A DNA stretch of 47,773 nt, taken from NCBI GenBank assembly GCA_016235605.1, contig JACRJW010000075.1, forward strand, positions 1-47,773, in the 5' to 3' direction. Made by a program: the position numbers and the translations under genes. Below, piece by piece: positions 8,924-17,962 of the stretch (within the stretch, counting starts at the first letter, position 1; each line of letters begins with the position of its first letter). The notes below the pieces were generated by a model, which did no database searches, had not been told where the DNA came from, and worked only from the letters and a program-made list of their open reading frames with translations. Source of the stretch: Candidatus Uhrbacteria bacterium (GTDB lineage: Bacteria; Patescibacteriota; Patescibacteriia; UBA9934; GWF2-40-263).

Positions 8924-9572
8924 TTTTTCGGATATGAGCGACCCTCACCACCACCATCGCCTTGACGATCTGATACGACATGCGTGCATATTGTAGCACA
9001 GCTCTCAGAATACCGACTTTCTGGTATTTTCGGCGGATCGTGAGGCCTGGAAGTTTGACCGCGCACAAGACGGCTCCGCGAGAGCGACAAAAATAATTGA
9101 GTGCAGATTCGATCATGAAACCGTGAAGGAACCTCCCTGGGACTCCTTCAAACACAGATCGTTGCATGGCCCGTTCACCGGAGATGAGTGGAAGATGTTT
9201 CGTCAAAGATGTGATCCAACGTCCTCGATCACGAAGCCCGACGTTCATGGCACACGCTCCGTCCACCACAGGCGCGACGAGTCGCTCAATATGGTCGACG
9301 TTGAGTCCAATCAAGTCTGCATCGAAGAACACGACGATAGGGGCGTCTGTCTGAGTGACGCCAAAACGCATTGCCTCGCCTTTTCCACTATTTGGAAAAA
9401 GCTCATGGACCCTTGCCCCTGCCGCTCGTGCGACGTGTCCGGTCCGGTCGCTTGATCCGTCTGAGACAACGATCACCTCCTGGATGAAGGGCGACGCCTT
9501 GACGACAGAGACGACGGTCCCAATCGTCACTTCTTCGTCGTACGCGGGAATAATCGCTGTCACTTTTGTCAT
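8916..9572 (-). CDS. family-2 glycosyltransferase
   Basis: IIPAYDEE, VVSDGSSD and FFDADL (DxD) motifs; ATGA overlap with upstream gene. Confidence 0.8.
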   Translation of the reverse strand: MTKVTAIIPAYDEEVTIGTVVSVVKASPFIQEVIVVSDGSSDRTGHVARAAGARVHELFPNSGKGEAMRFGVTQTDAPIVVFFDADLIGLNVDHIERLVAPVVDGACAMNVGLRDRGRWITSLTKHLPLISGERAMQRSVFEGVPGRFLHGFMIESALNYFCRSRGAVLCAVKLPGLTIRRKYQKVGILRAVLQYARMSYQIVKAMVVVRVAHIRKRL

Positions 9573-10240
9573 AGTCTTTTGTTGTGCCGACGCAACAGCA
9601 TCAGTTGCTCTTCGATCGCGTGCTCGAGCATCGCGCCTCGTGATTGCAGGCGCTCCACGCTCTCGAAGTCTTCCATCGTATGCAAAACGCTCGACAGGGA
9701 CTGCCTGACTCTTTGGAGATACGTGAGCGCTAACAGATACTCCCCCTCCGCCACCGTGTCTGCGAGGGGATCATCGTGCATCTGTTCACAGAGCGCGGCA
9801 AAAATCTTGATCGGAATGAGATTCACATTCGCGTAGGCACGGAAAAAATGCTGACGATCGTGGTCGTCCCGATCATACCCAGCTTTGGCAAGACCCCGCA
9901 GGAGTGCGGCCCACAGGCGCGCACTCTGATACAACGGATGCTGACGAATGCCCAAGAGAACATGGTCTTCTTCCTCGTCTGCGTCCGCGGGCGACTCCAC
10001 AACCGGAGGCACAGGATGCCGATCTTCGTGCAACATCCCCATACTCAACTTGAGCGTGAGTTCTGCATCGGCGAGTTCTTCGGTCTGTCGTTGTTCTTGA
10101 AGGACGGCCGCCTCCTGTGTCATCGGCGCTTCACGGGGATCCGTGCCGAATGCGGCATATAAATCATCGAGTTCATCTTCAAGGAGATCGACCTCGTCGC
10201 GATGGAAGAGCCAAGGATATTCGTGATCGTGAAGGGACAT
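9569..10240 (-). CDS. hypothetical acidic helical protein
   Basis: ORF-track 9569..10324 trimmed to ATG 10240 (MSLHDHEYPW), downstream of the ATPase stop at 10272; no family recognised. Confidence 0.5.
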   Translation of the reverse strand: MSLHDHEYPWLFHRDEVDLLEDELDDLYAAFGTDPREAPMTQEAAVLQEQRQTEELADAELTLKLSMGMLHEDRHPVPPVVESPADADEEEDHVLLGIRQHPLYQSARLWAALLRGLAKAGYDRDDHDRQHFFRAYANVNLIPIKIFAALCEQMHDDPLADTVAEGEYLLALTYLQRVRQSLSSVLHTMEDFESVERLQSRGAMLEHAIEEQLMLLRRHNKRL

Positions 10241-10271
10241 AGGAGAAGGAAGGAGGAATTTGGAAGTAGGA

Positions 10272-12899
10272 CTAGAGCTCAGAGCGGCGGAAGAGAAAAA
10301 ACTCCTTTGTGCATTCAATCGCACCGAGCTTGACCAGACTCAACAGCACCATGAATCCCCAAGCAGAAGCCGTAAGCGGCACCAAGTGGAATACGGACTC
10401 GAAAAACGGATGAAGCAGGGCGACTCCCATCAGGGCAAAACCGATTCCAACTCCCGCGAGCATCCATGGATTTGAAAAGGGGTTGATGCGGAAAATGGTC
10501 CTACGAAAACTTTTCATCGAGAAGATGTACAGGAGGGAATCGATGCCCACAGCCGCAAACATCACGGAACGGATCAACGCAATCGACTCGCCTGAATGCA
10601 ACAACCAAAGGTAGGCAGCGAACAGGATCAGATCAGTCGTGACGCCGATGAGAAAAATAATCGTGAGCATTTCCTGATTCATCACCGGTTCGTTTCGTGG
10701 TCGCGGCGGGAGACGCATGACGTCCTTTTCGCCTGGTTCAAGGGTGAGACCGATGCTGGGAAAGCTGTCCGCCACAAGGTTAATCCACAAAATATGGATG
10801 GGAAGCAACGGAACCGGCAGGCCAAGAATGAGTGAACCGCCAATGAGCACAATCTCGGTAAAAGAATCCGCAAGCAGGTATGCGGTCGTCTTCCTGATGT
10901 TGTCGAAGATGACACGCCCTTCCTCGATCGCCGCGGTGATCGTGCCAAGGTTGTTATCAAGGATGACGAGGTCAGCGGACTGCTTGGCCACTTCGGTCCC
11001 TGATTCCACGGCAATGCCGATGTCGGCGGCTTTCAAAGCCGGTGCGTCGTTCACCCCGTCGCCGATCATCGCCACGACTTCCCCGCGTGCGACCCATGCG
11101 TTCACGATCCTGATCTTGTGACGCGGCTCAACGCGGGCGTAGATCGTGATGTCCCCCACACGTTGTGTAAACTCCTCATCACTCCACGCATCCAGCTCAA
11201 CTCCTGTCACGACACTTTGGGCACCTGCCACCAATCCAGCCTGAGCGCCGATCGCGCGGGCGGTTTCCGGATGGTCACCGGTGATCATGATCGTCCGGAC
11301 TCCGGCACGAGCCGCGGCTGCAATCTGGTCTTTCACCGAGGCGCGCAGTGGATCGTGTAAGCCCACGAACCCTAAAAACACAAAATCGGATTGGACATCC
11401 GTTGAAATTTTTTCCACACGTCCAGGTCGATCTTTCTGTGCCAGTGCGACCAGACGAAGGCCTTGGCGCGTGAGGGTCAGCTCTTGCTGAGTGAGCGCGG
11501 CAAGACGATCCGCGGTAAGCGCCACGATCTCACCAGCGAGTTCCATCTTGCTGCACCTGGAAAGAACAGCCCCAGATGCTCCCTTAAGAAGCAGTCGTGT
11601 CTTCCCGTCCCAGGCATGGGCCGTGACCATGAATTTTTTTGCTGAGTCAAACGGGACTTCCGCCACTCGCGGATGCTGCAAAAGGAGACTCGCACGATCA
11701 GCACGAAGATTCACATAACTTTCAAGTAACGCACGCTCCGTTGGAGTCCCTCTGCTGTCTCCGTTGCTTGAAAGAATGGCGTCGTTGCACAGAGCCAAGA
11801 GAGTCAACATCGAGTCGATCGTCTTGGAGGACTCAGGAAGAGAACCGATCGTATAGGCCCCCTCGGCAGTCGCCACATGCGTCACGCGCATCTCCCCTTC
11901 GGTGATCGTCCCTGTTTTATCGGTACAGATGATGGACACGCTGCCGAGCGTCTCGGCTGCCACCAGTTTACGCACCAACGATTTGCGTTTCAAAATGCGC
12001 TGCATCCCGATCGCCAGGATGATCGTGACCGACACGGCCAAGCCCTCCGGAATCGCCGCGACCGCGAGGGCAACTGACAGGGTGTACATCTCAACGGGAG
12101 TGCGTCCGCTCACGATTCCAAGGACAAACAAAACGACGACTAAAAAAAGAATGAGCAGGACAATCCACCGAGCCAGCTGAGAGAGTTGTTGTTGAAGCGG
12201 TGTGACCGTCTCAGGTGTCTTGTCAACGAGTGTGGCAATGCTCCCCAACTCTGTTGCCGCTCCCGTCGCCACCACCAGGGCCCTGCCGCGACCCGCGACC
12301 ACACTTGAACCGGCAAAGACCATGTTGGTGCGATCTCCCACAGGAACCTCGGCGTGGAGTGGATCGATGTGTTTTTGTTGTGGGAGAGACTCACCTGTGA
12401 GAGCGGCCTCGTTGACATGGAGTTCAATCGCTTCTATGAGACGCGCGTCAGCGGCAACCTGGTCGCCTGTTTGTAACACAAGGACGTCACCTGGGACCAA
12501 TGCACGCGCATCAATCTCTTGTTCGCATCCCTCTCGCAGTACCATCGCCCGCGGCTCTATGAGCGACCGCAAATGCTCGAGGGATTGGTTCGCCTTATAC
12601 TCCTGGGCGAAACCAACCATCGTATTCAAAATCACGGCGGCGACAATCACCCAAGCGTCCACGGCCTCTCCCAACGTGAAACTCACACCAACGGCCACCA
12701 ACAAGATCAAGATGAGGGGACTCGCAAACTGTGCAAGGAGCACGCGCATCCATCCTACCGTGTTTTTTTGTGGAAGCTGATTGGGTCCGTAGTGCCTTTT
12801 TCGATCCCGAACTTCATTCTGGGAAAGTCCCTCTGGAGCACTCCCGAGTGCCTGGAAGACGGATGGAAGAGATAATTGGTGCCACGAATGCCCTGACAT
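10272..12899 (-). CDS. P2-type cation-transporting P-type ATPase (Ca2+/Mg2+-type)
   Basis: Cation_ATPase_N-like start, TGES, ICTDKTGTIT, MITGDHP and GDGVNDAPALKAADIGIA motifs; about 10 TMs. Confidence 0.85.
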   Translation of the reverse strand: MSGHSWHQLSLPSVFQALGSAPEGLSQNEVRDRKRHYGPNQLPQKNTVGWMRVLLAQFASPLILILLVAVGVSFTLGEAVDAWVIVAAVILNTMVGFAQEYKANQSLEHLRSLIEPRAMVLREGCEQEIDARALVPGDVLVLQTGDQVAADARLIEAIELHVNEAALTGESLPQQKHIDPLHAEVPVGDRTNMVFAGSSVVAGRGRALVVATGAATELGSIATLVDKTPETVTPLQQQLSQLARWIVLLILFLVVVLFVLGIVSGRTPVEMYTLSVALAVAAIPEGLAVSVTIILAIGMQRILKRKSLVRKLVAAETLGSVSIICTDKTGTITEGEMRVTHVATAEGAYTIGSLPESSKTIDSMLTLLALCNDAILSSNGDSRGTPTERALLESYVNLRADRASLLLQHPRVAEVPFDSAKKFMVTAHAWDGKTRLLLKGASGAVLSRCSKMELAGEIVALTADRLAALTQQELTLTRQGLRLVALAQKDRPGRVEKISTDVQSDFVFLGFVGLHDPLRASVKDQIAAAARAGVRTIMITGDHPETARAIGAQAGLVAGAQSVVTGVELDAWSDEEFTQRVGDITIYARVEPRHKIRIVNAWVARGEVVAMIGDGVNDAPALKAADIGIAVESGTEVAKQSADLVILDNNLGTITAAIEEGRVIFDNIRKTTAYLLADSFTEIVLIGGSLILGLPVPLLPIHILWINLVADSFPSIGLTLEPGEKDVMRLPPRPRNEPVMNQEMLTIIFLIGVTTDLILFAAYLWLLHSGESIALIRSVMFAAVGIDSLLYIFSMKSFRRTIFRINPFSNPWMLAGVGIGFALMGVALLHPFFESVFHLVPLTASAWGFMVLLSLVKLGAIECTKEFFLFRRSEL

Positions 12900-12947
12900 A
12901 GTTTCTCTATCTTACCTGCTTGTGAGCGCAAAGACCAAATCTGACTG

Positions 12948-12976
12948 TTGCCTGAGAAATCAAAACCTGTTATATT
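12948..12976 (+). promoter_or_regulatory. candidate promoter of tRNA-Lys
   Basis: TTGCCT, 17-nt spacer, TATATT, ending 14 nt before the tRNA 5' end. Confidence 0.4.
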
Positions 12977-12990
12977 TTCGGGCGTCGAAT

Positions 12991-13065
12991 GCGCTGGTAG
13001 CTCAGGGGTAGAGCAAGAGCCTTTTAAGCTCGTGGTCGTGGGTTCAAATCCCACCCAGCGCACCA
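12991..13065 (+). tRNA. tRNA-Lys (anticodon TTT)
   Basis: Acceptor GCGCTGG/CCAGCGC, anticodon loop CTTTTAA, T arm GTGGG-TTCAAAT-CCCAC, encoded CCA. Confidence 0.9.
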
Positions 13066-13097
13066 CAATAAAAAATAACTCACTCTTTATAAACTCT

Positions 13098-13250
13098 ATG
13101 GACGACGGAAAAATATGCGGCTCCTGTAAAATGACCAATGGCCAATCCCACGATGACCAAGGCTGTCAGGACTGCAAGGACGGCGCCTGCACATGCGAGA
13201 TGGGCTGTTGCCAGGAGCCAAAACCGGCACAGGAAGCTCCAGTCGAATAG
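13098..13250 (+). CDS. 50-aa cysteine-rich (8 Cys) peptide, metallothionein-like
   Basis: ATG 13098 within ORF-track 12948..13250, whose 5' part is the tRNA; MDDGKICGSCKMTNGQSHDDQGCQDCKDGACTCEMGCCQEPKPAQEAPVE; followed directly by a hairpin terminator. Confidence 0.5.
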   Translation: MDDGKICGSCKMTNGQSHDDQGCQDCKDGACTCEMGCCQEPKPAQEAPVE

Positions 13251-13257
13251 AACAAAG

Positions 13258-13286
13258 TGCACCTCCATGAGAGGTGCATTTTTATT
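13258..13286. terminator. bidirectional intrinsic terminator
   Basis: TGCACCTC-catga-GAGGTGCA followed by TTTTTATTT; lies between the convergent Cys-rich ORF and murG. Confidence 0.6.
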
Positions 13287-14334
13287 TCATCAGCCCTCGC
13301 AGCATTTCCGCAAGCTCGTCGGCGACATCGGTTCGGAGTTTGTTGTGCATTTTTTTCCCGAGCGTTTGACGCTCGCCTTGATCCTGAAGCAGACGCTCGA
13401 TGGTCTCAAGGAGCCTGTCGCCCGTAGTCGATCGTTGATCCAGCACGACACAAGCGTCGTGAACAGCCTGCGCATTTTTTTCTTGCGCCGAGTGTGGAAG
13501 CGGGATCAGGATAGCCGCTTTCCCGAGCGCGGCAAGCTCGGTGATCGTCCCCATGCCGGCTCGACAGACGATCACGTCGGCAATAGCCAAGGCGTCAGCC
13601 ATTTCTTCGCGGAGGAACTCACGCACGGCATAATGCTCACGTGAGAGCTGTGACGTCCTCTTTCCACGCCCGGTGATGTGGATCACGTTGGCCTTGAGTA
13701 GGAGCCGCTCCACGATCTCCACAATGACGGCATTGACCCAACGCGCTCCGGTGCCTCCGCCAAAAATGACAACTGTCGGTTTCCCGCGATCCAACGCGAA
13801 TCGTCCGTAGGCGCTTTCCCGTGATCCCGTCAGGACGCTGTGCCTGACAGGATTGCCGACCACGCGGGCCTTGGCTCCAAGCCTTTGCGCACTCTGATCC
13901 CACGCGACGGTCAGACGATCTCCCAAGGGAGCGGTCAATCTCGTCGTGAGCGTGACATGAACATCCTGAGAGTGGATCCACACAGGGACGTGAAAAAGCT
14001 TGGCGGCGATCACGACCGGCACGGCCGTATATCCACCAGCGGATCCGACAACGTCAGGTTTTTCACGACGGATAATTTGTGCAGCCTTGTAGAGCGCACA
14101 AAAAAACCTGAACGGGAACAGCAACCATTCCACGCTCACGGATCGAACGAACCGCACAACCGGGAGATCATAAAACCGGAACCCGGCTGCCTCGACCACG
14201 ACTCGCTCAGGACCCTGTCGTGTGCCAATCCAAACGCCCTCAAGTGACGAGTCGATTTTTTTCAAGGCTCCATGAACCGCCAAGAGCGGCGTCACGGGTC
14301 CCATGGTCCCTCCGCCAGTGAATAGTAACTTCAT
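13282..14334 (-). CDS. murG: undecaprenyldiphospho-muramoylpentapeptide beta-N-acetylglucosaminyltransferase MurG
   Basis: N-terminal FTGGGTMGPVTPLLAV, C-terminal GT28 domain with CRAGMGTITE. Confidence 0.9.
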   Translation of the reverse strand: MKLLFTGGGTMGPVTPLLAVHGALKKIDSSLEGVWIGTRQGPERVVVEAAGFRFYDLPVVRFVRSVSVEWLLFPFRFFCALYKAAQIIRREKPDVVGSAGGYTAVPVVIAAKLFHVPVWIHSQDVHVTLTTRLTAPLGDRLTVAWDQSAQRLGAKARVVGNPVRHSVLTGSRESAYGRFALDRGKPTVVIFGGGTGARWVNAVIVEIVERLLLKANVIHITGRGKRTSQLSREHYAVREFLREEMADALAIADVIVCRAGMGTITELAALGKAAILIPLPHSAQEKNAQAVHDACVVLDQRSTTGDRLLETIERLLQDQGERQTLGKKMHNKLRTDVADELAEMLRGLMK

Positions 14335-14338
14335 ACTC

Positions 14339-14414
14339 GGGTATTAGGTTGTAGGGAGTAGGTTATAGGGAGAAAATTTCTGCAAGCCTACAACCTAAAA
14401 CCTACAACCTACAA
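14339..14414. repeat. type-B heptad-repeat imperfect palindrome between ftsW and murG
   Basis: GGGTATTAGGTTGTAGGGAGTAGGTTATAGGGAG ... CCTACAACCTAAAACCTACAACCTACAA; the right arm overlaps the last ftsW codons. Confidence 0.7.
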
Positions 14415-15511
14415 TGTTTAGAAACATTCAACATCACTCCCACCGCCGCCATCGAGATCGCGAGCGACGTCCCGCCGTAACTGATAAACGGCAGTGGAAT
14501 CCCCGTCATGGGCATGAGAGCCACCATCGAAGCGATATTTACGAGCGCCTGAATCACGATCCACGCGGCAATGCCAACCACAATATATTTAGAAAATGGA
14601 TCTGGCGCGCGAGAAGCGATCGATAAAGCTCTCCACAAGAATAGCAAGAAGAGGCCAATGAGAAGCGCACTCGTTAACAGCCCCATTTCCTCGCCAATGA
14701 CCGCGAAAATCGAATCACTCCCGACCTCTGGAAGATACTGGAATTTCTGGCGAGAGTGACCGTAGCCTACGCCGAAAAATCCGCCAGAGCCAATCGCGAG
14801 CAAGGCTTGGTTGATGTGATACCCAATCCCTTGTGGATCAAGTTCTGGATGCAGGAACGTGGTGAAACGCGCCGCGCGATACGGCGCCGCGGTAATCAGC
14901 AGCGCCAATCCTGCGATGCCGGTGGTAATGAGACCCAGCACATAGGACATCGGCGCTCCGGCGACGAAATAAACAACCAGTGACATCGCGACGATCACCG
15001 ACATGGTCCCTACGTCCGGCTGGAGAATCATAAGCAACATAATCGCAGAAAGCACGAGGACGAACGGGAGAAATCCTGAGTGCACATCGCGGACGCTGTG
15101 TTTGTCACGTCCGCCCAACCACGCGGCAAGATAAAATAAAAATGTCAGTTTGACGATCTCAGACGGCTGGAGAGAAAAGACGCCACCGATCGTAATCCAA
15201 CTATGCGCAGAGCCGATCCCGGCAGAGAGCCCAGGAATAAACACGAGCACCAAGAGCACAAGTGAGAGGATGAGCAGGTTCCAGGCGTGCGTTTTCCAAA
15301 ACGCGTAAGGGATGCGAGCGAAGGCAAAGAGCGCCGCGATGCCGGGAATGAGCCCGAAGATGACTTGGTGTTTTATAAAATAGTATGAATCCGAAAATTG
15401 CTCGTAGCCACTGGGTGAGGAGGCGGAGAGGAGCATCACCAGCCCAAAAAGAATGATCGTGAAAACGATCCCCAACAGCAGATAGTCCATGTGCCCTGTT
15501 GATCGAGACAT
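14402..15511 (-). CDS. ftsW: SEDS-family peptidoglycan glycosyltransferase FtsW
   Basis: FtsW/RodA/SpoVE multi-TM pattern; ORF-track TTG start 15529 trimmed to the first ATG (MSRSTGH); ATG 15490 is also possible. Confidence 0.85.
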   Translation of the reverse strand: MSRSTGHMDYLLLGIVFTIILFGLVMLLSASSPSGYEQFSDSYYFIKHQVIFGLIPGIAALFAFARIPYAFWKTHAWNLLILSLVLLVLVFIPGLSAGIGSAHSWITIGGVFSLQPSEIVKLTFLFYLAAWLGGRDKHSVRDVHSGFLPFVLVLSAIMLLMILQPDVGTMSVIVAMSLVVYFVAGAPMSYVLGLITTGIAGLALLITAAPYRAARFTTFLHPELDPQGIGYHINQALLAIGSGGFFGVGYGHSRQKFQYLPEVGSDSIFAVIGEEMGLLTSALLIGLFLLFLWRALSIASRAPDPFSKYIVVGIAAWIVIQALVNIASMVALMPMTGIPLPFISYGGTSLAISMAAVGVMLNVSKHCRL

Positions 15512-15521
15512 GTCAGGGACA

Positions 15522-15640
15522 TCTCCCAAAACTCACGATCTTTGCTTTCACGGGCGCCCAGGCACCTCCTCAACGTACGTGTGTAGTACGTTTCGGAGGC
15601 TGCCAGCCCGTTCAAGCAAATCTCATTGAGTTTTGGGAGA
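15522..15640. repeat. about 120-nt rod-like hairpin element, copy 1
   Basis: Perfect 14-bp closing stem TCTCCCAAAACTCA/TGAGTTTTGGGAGA; the interior is near-identical to 43804-43894. Confidence 0.75.
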
Positions 15641-15647
15641 GATCTGG

Positions 15648-16706
15648 TTAGGTAACAAGAGCGTCAAGAAGCGCAAACGAAGCGCCGACGGCAGCAACGA
15701 CCATCGAGATGACCCACAGACGCATCACGATCTGCGGCTCGGGCCAGCCGATGGCCTCAAGGTGATGATGGAATGGTGAAGACCTGAACAGACGGCGTTT
15801 CAAGACGCGACGGAAAAAAAGTTGTACGAGAACCGACAAGGACTCGATGACAAACACAAAACCGATAATCGGTAAAAACAGCGCAGAGTTGGTGAGCATC
15901 GCGACCACACCAAGCGTGACACCCAATGACATCGCCCCTGTGTCGCCCATGAAAAAACTGGCTGGGTGGATGTTGAACCAGAGAAACGCCAGGAGGGCGC
16001 CCAAAATCACTCCGCAAAAAACCGCGAGGTCATAATGCCCTTGGGCAAACGCAATCACGGCGTAGGCGCCAAAGGATGTGAGCAGTGCGCCGCCAGCAAG
16101 TCCATCAAGCCCGTCGGCTTCGTTGACCGAGAAAGCCGTCGAGACAATCACGAGAATGAAGAACGGCACATACCAAAAGCCGATGTTGAAGTCGCCGACA
16201 AACGGGACATGCAAAAGATCCCAGTCGAGTTTCACGCGAAACCACCACGCGCCGATGACGGCGATGGCGGTGTAGATAAGCAGGCGATGGCGCATGCGCA
16301 ATCCCCCGCCCTTGGGCCCGATGCCACGCACGTTGAAATAATCATCGACGAATCCGACGATCGCCGAGGCCACGAGCGCACCCAGAGGCAAGAGCGTTTC
16401 AGATCGAGTTAAAAAGTTTAAGCGTGAAAGCAGAGAATCGGCAGGAAGAAACGGTGCGAGATAGTACAAGACGATCGCGAGCACCAAAACCGTCCACCAA
16501 ATGAGAATCCCTCCCATGGTAGGCGTGCCGCGTTTTTTTTCGTGGAGCTTGGCAAAGACGGGCGCATGTTCTTCGCTACGGATCGACTTGCCAACCTTCC
16601 AGCGATGCAGGGCACGAACCAACAGTGGCGCCCACGCAAATGCCACCACGAACGCCACGGCAGAGAGCAGAAGCACTCGGACGATTTCAAACGATTCGAG
16701 GTTCAT
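15648..16706 (-). CDS. mraY: phospho-N-acetylmuramoyl-pentapeptide transferase MraY
   Basis: Glycosyltransferase family 4 multi-TM pattern, VNEADGLDGLAGG and MGDTGAMSLG motifs. Confidence 0.9.
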   Translation of the reverse strand: MNLESFEIVRVLLLSAVAFVVAFAWAPLLVRALHRWKVGKSIRSEEHAPVFAKLHEKKRGTPTMGGILIWWTVLVLAIVLYYLAPFLPADSLLSRLNFLTRSETLLPLGALVASAIVGFVDDYFNVRGIGPKGGGLRMRHRLLIYTAIAVIGAWWFRVKLDWDLLHVPFVGDFNIGFWYVPFFILVIVSTAFSVNEADGLDGLAGGALLTSFGAYAVIAFAQGHYDLAVFCGVILGALLAFLWFNIHPASFFMGDTGAMSLGVTLGVVAMLTNSALFLPIIGFVFVIESLSVLVQLFFRRVLKRRLFRSSPFHHHLEAIGWPEPQIVMRLWVISMVVAAVGASFALLDALVT

Positions 16707-17101
16707 ACGTTAATAAGAATAGTGAGCAGCATCGCCAAGAGCAAAATACATTGAAGTAATGGATCAGAACCGGCGAAAAAAAGCGAGAGGATTTTTTGAC
16801 GACGAAACGATGCGATTTGGATCACGAGATTCAACACAAGGAAAAAAAGTCCCAGGGCGGGAATCCAAAAAATACTGTAGAGCGAACCGAACTGATCGAC
16901 GCCAAGATAGATGTTGTAGTGCAGGGCAATGAACGGGAGCTCAGAGGAGAGTGGAAGCAGGCGCCAGATGGGAAGCGCGAAGGTGAGCGCAAGAAAAAAA
17001 CACGAGACGATCAGGCTCACTTGTGTGAGACGACTCGTCTTCACGCATTCCACACCGTCCTTAAAAAACTGCTGAAGAGATTTTTTGTAATGGTGCTTCA
17101 C
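16703..17101 (-). CDS. small membrane protein, unknown function
   Basis: GTG start; 3-4 predicted TMs; ATGA-type overlap with mraY. Confidence 0.45.
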   Translation of the reverse strand: MKHHYKKSLQQFFKDGVECVKTSRLTQVSLIVSCFFLALTFALPIWRLLPLSSELPFIALHYNIYLGVDQFGSLYSIFWIPALGLFFLVLNLVIQIASFRRQKILSLFFAGSDPLLQCILLLAMLLTILINV

Positions 17102-17105
17102 ATGA

Positions 17106-17342
17106 CTAAACAGGTATCACTTCTTTTATTTCAGGAATCGCATCTTGCAGGGCTGCTTCGACTCCCATCTTGAGGGTGATCTGCGACATGGGACAGCCCA
17201 CACAGGCGCCTTGCATTTTCACATGGACCGCACCGGTATCTCGATCATACTTCACCAATTCAATGCCGCCGCCATCAAGAGCAAGTGCGGGACGCACGTG
17301 CTGAAGCACACGTTCTATCTGTTGTTCAATCGATTCCGTCAT
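17106..17342 (-). CDS. NifU-like Fe-S cluster assembly domain protein
   Basis: 78 aa; ...RPALALDGGGIELV......V.V.MQGACVGCPMSQITLK.GVE pattern of the NifU C-terminal domain. Confidence 0.8.
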   Translation of the reverse strand: MTESIEQQIERVLQHVRPALALDGGGIELVKYDRDTGAVHVKMQGACVGCPMSQITLKMGVEAALQDAIPEIKEVIPV

Positions 17343-17381
17343 AGCCGTTTTATCATAACTTTTTTTTGTGTTTTGGGCAAA

Positions 17382-17408
17382 CCAAAAACATCCAGCTCAC
17401 CTGGATGT
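17382..17408 (-). terminator. intrinsic terminator after rpmA
   Basis: Minus strand reads ACATCCAG-gtgag-CTGGATGT then TTTTTGG. Confidence 0.6.
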
Positions 17409-17414
17409 CATCGG

Positions 17415-17696
17415 TTATTTTTCAGAGACCATTTTTGCAAATGTCCGATGTTTCAGGACACCATGAAAGTTCGCCATCTTTTTTTGCGTGAATTTCACGA
17501 CGCCTTTGACGCCAGCATAAAGCGTGTCGTCCTTGGCGCGCAAGACGCCGGTGCCTGGATGGATTTTGGTGCCGCGCTGTCGGACAATAATTTGTCCTGG
17601 GGTGGCATACTGACCATCGGCGATCTTCACGCCCAGACGCTGACCGGCAGAGTCGCGTCCAAGCTGGGTAGATCCACCTGCTTTTTTATGGGCCAT
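17415..17696 (-). CDS. rpmA: 50S ribosomal protein L27
   Basis: [24 protein letters not shown]... ; ORF-track 17415..17807 trimmed to this ATG. Confidence 0.9.
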   Translation of the reverse strand: MAHKKAGGSTQLGRDSAGQRLGVKIADGQYATPGQIIVRQRGTKIHPGTGVLRAKDDTLYAGVKGVVKFTQKKMANFHGVLKHRTFAKMVSEK

Positions 17697-17962
17697 ACAA
17701 ATGGAAGTTGGAAGTTGGAAATTAGAAGTTGGAATGAGAGAGGACAGGGAGAATATAACGGAATGCGGAAAAACTGTCAAACGATCAAGTGACGCACTTC
17801 TATCCATATGGTTAAGAGTTCGTCGCGGAGTTTTTTCGATGAGAAAGAAAAACCCCCCGTCGCCCCTCGAGAATCTCGGGGCTATGGTGGGCAGGCCCCG
17901 CCGAACAACGAGTCATCCGTGGGATGTTTCTCGCCTGTTGGCAGGGTCGTTGAGCCGATGGC

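Noticed and set aside
12948-13097. N-terminal half of ORF-track 12948..13250
   Set aside because: It reads straight through the tRNA-Lys promoter and gene. Only the part from ATG 13098 is kept, as the Cys-rich peptide.
15522-15640. Classification of the 120-nt element as a classical MITE
   Set aside because: The terminal stems differ between the two copies with compensated changes, and I see no target-site duplication or cognate transposase. It is therefore left as a rod-like structured repeat of unknown nature.
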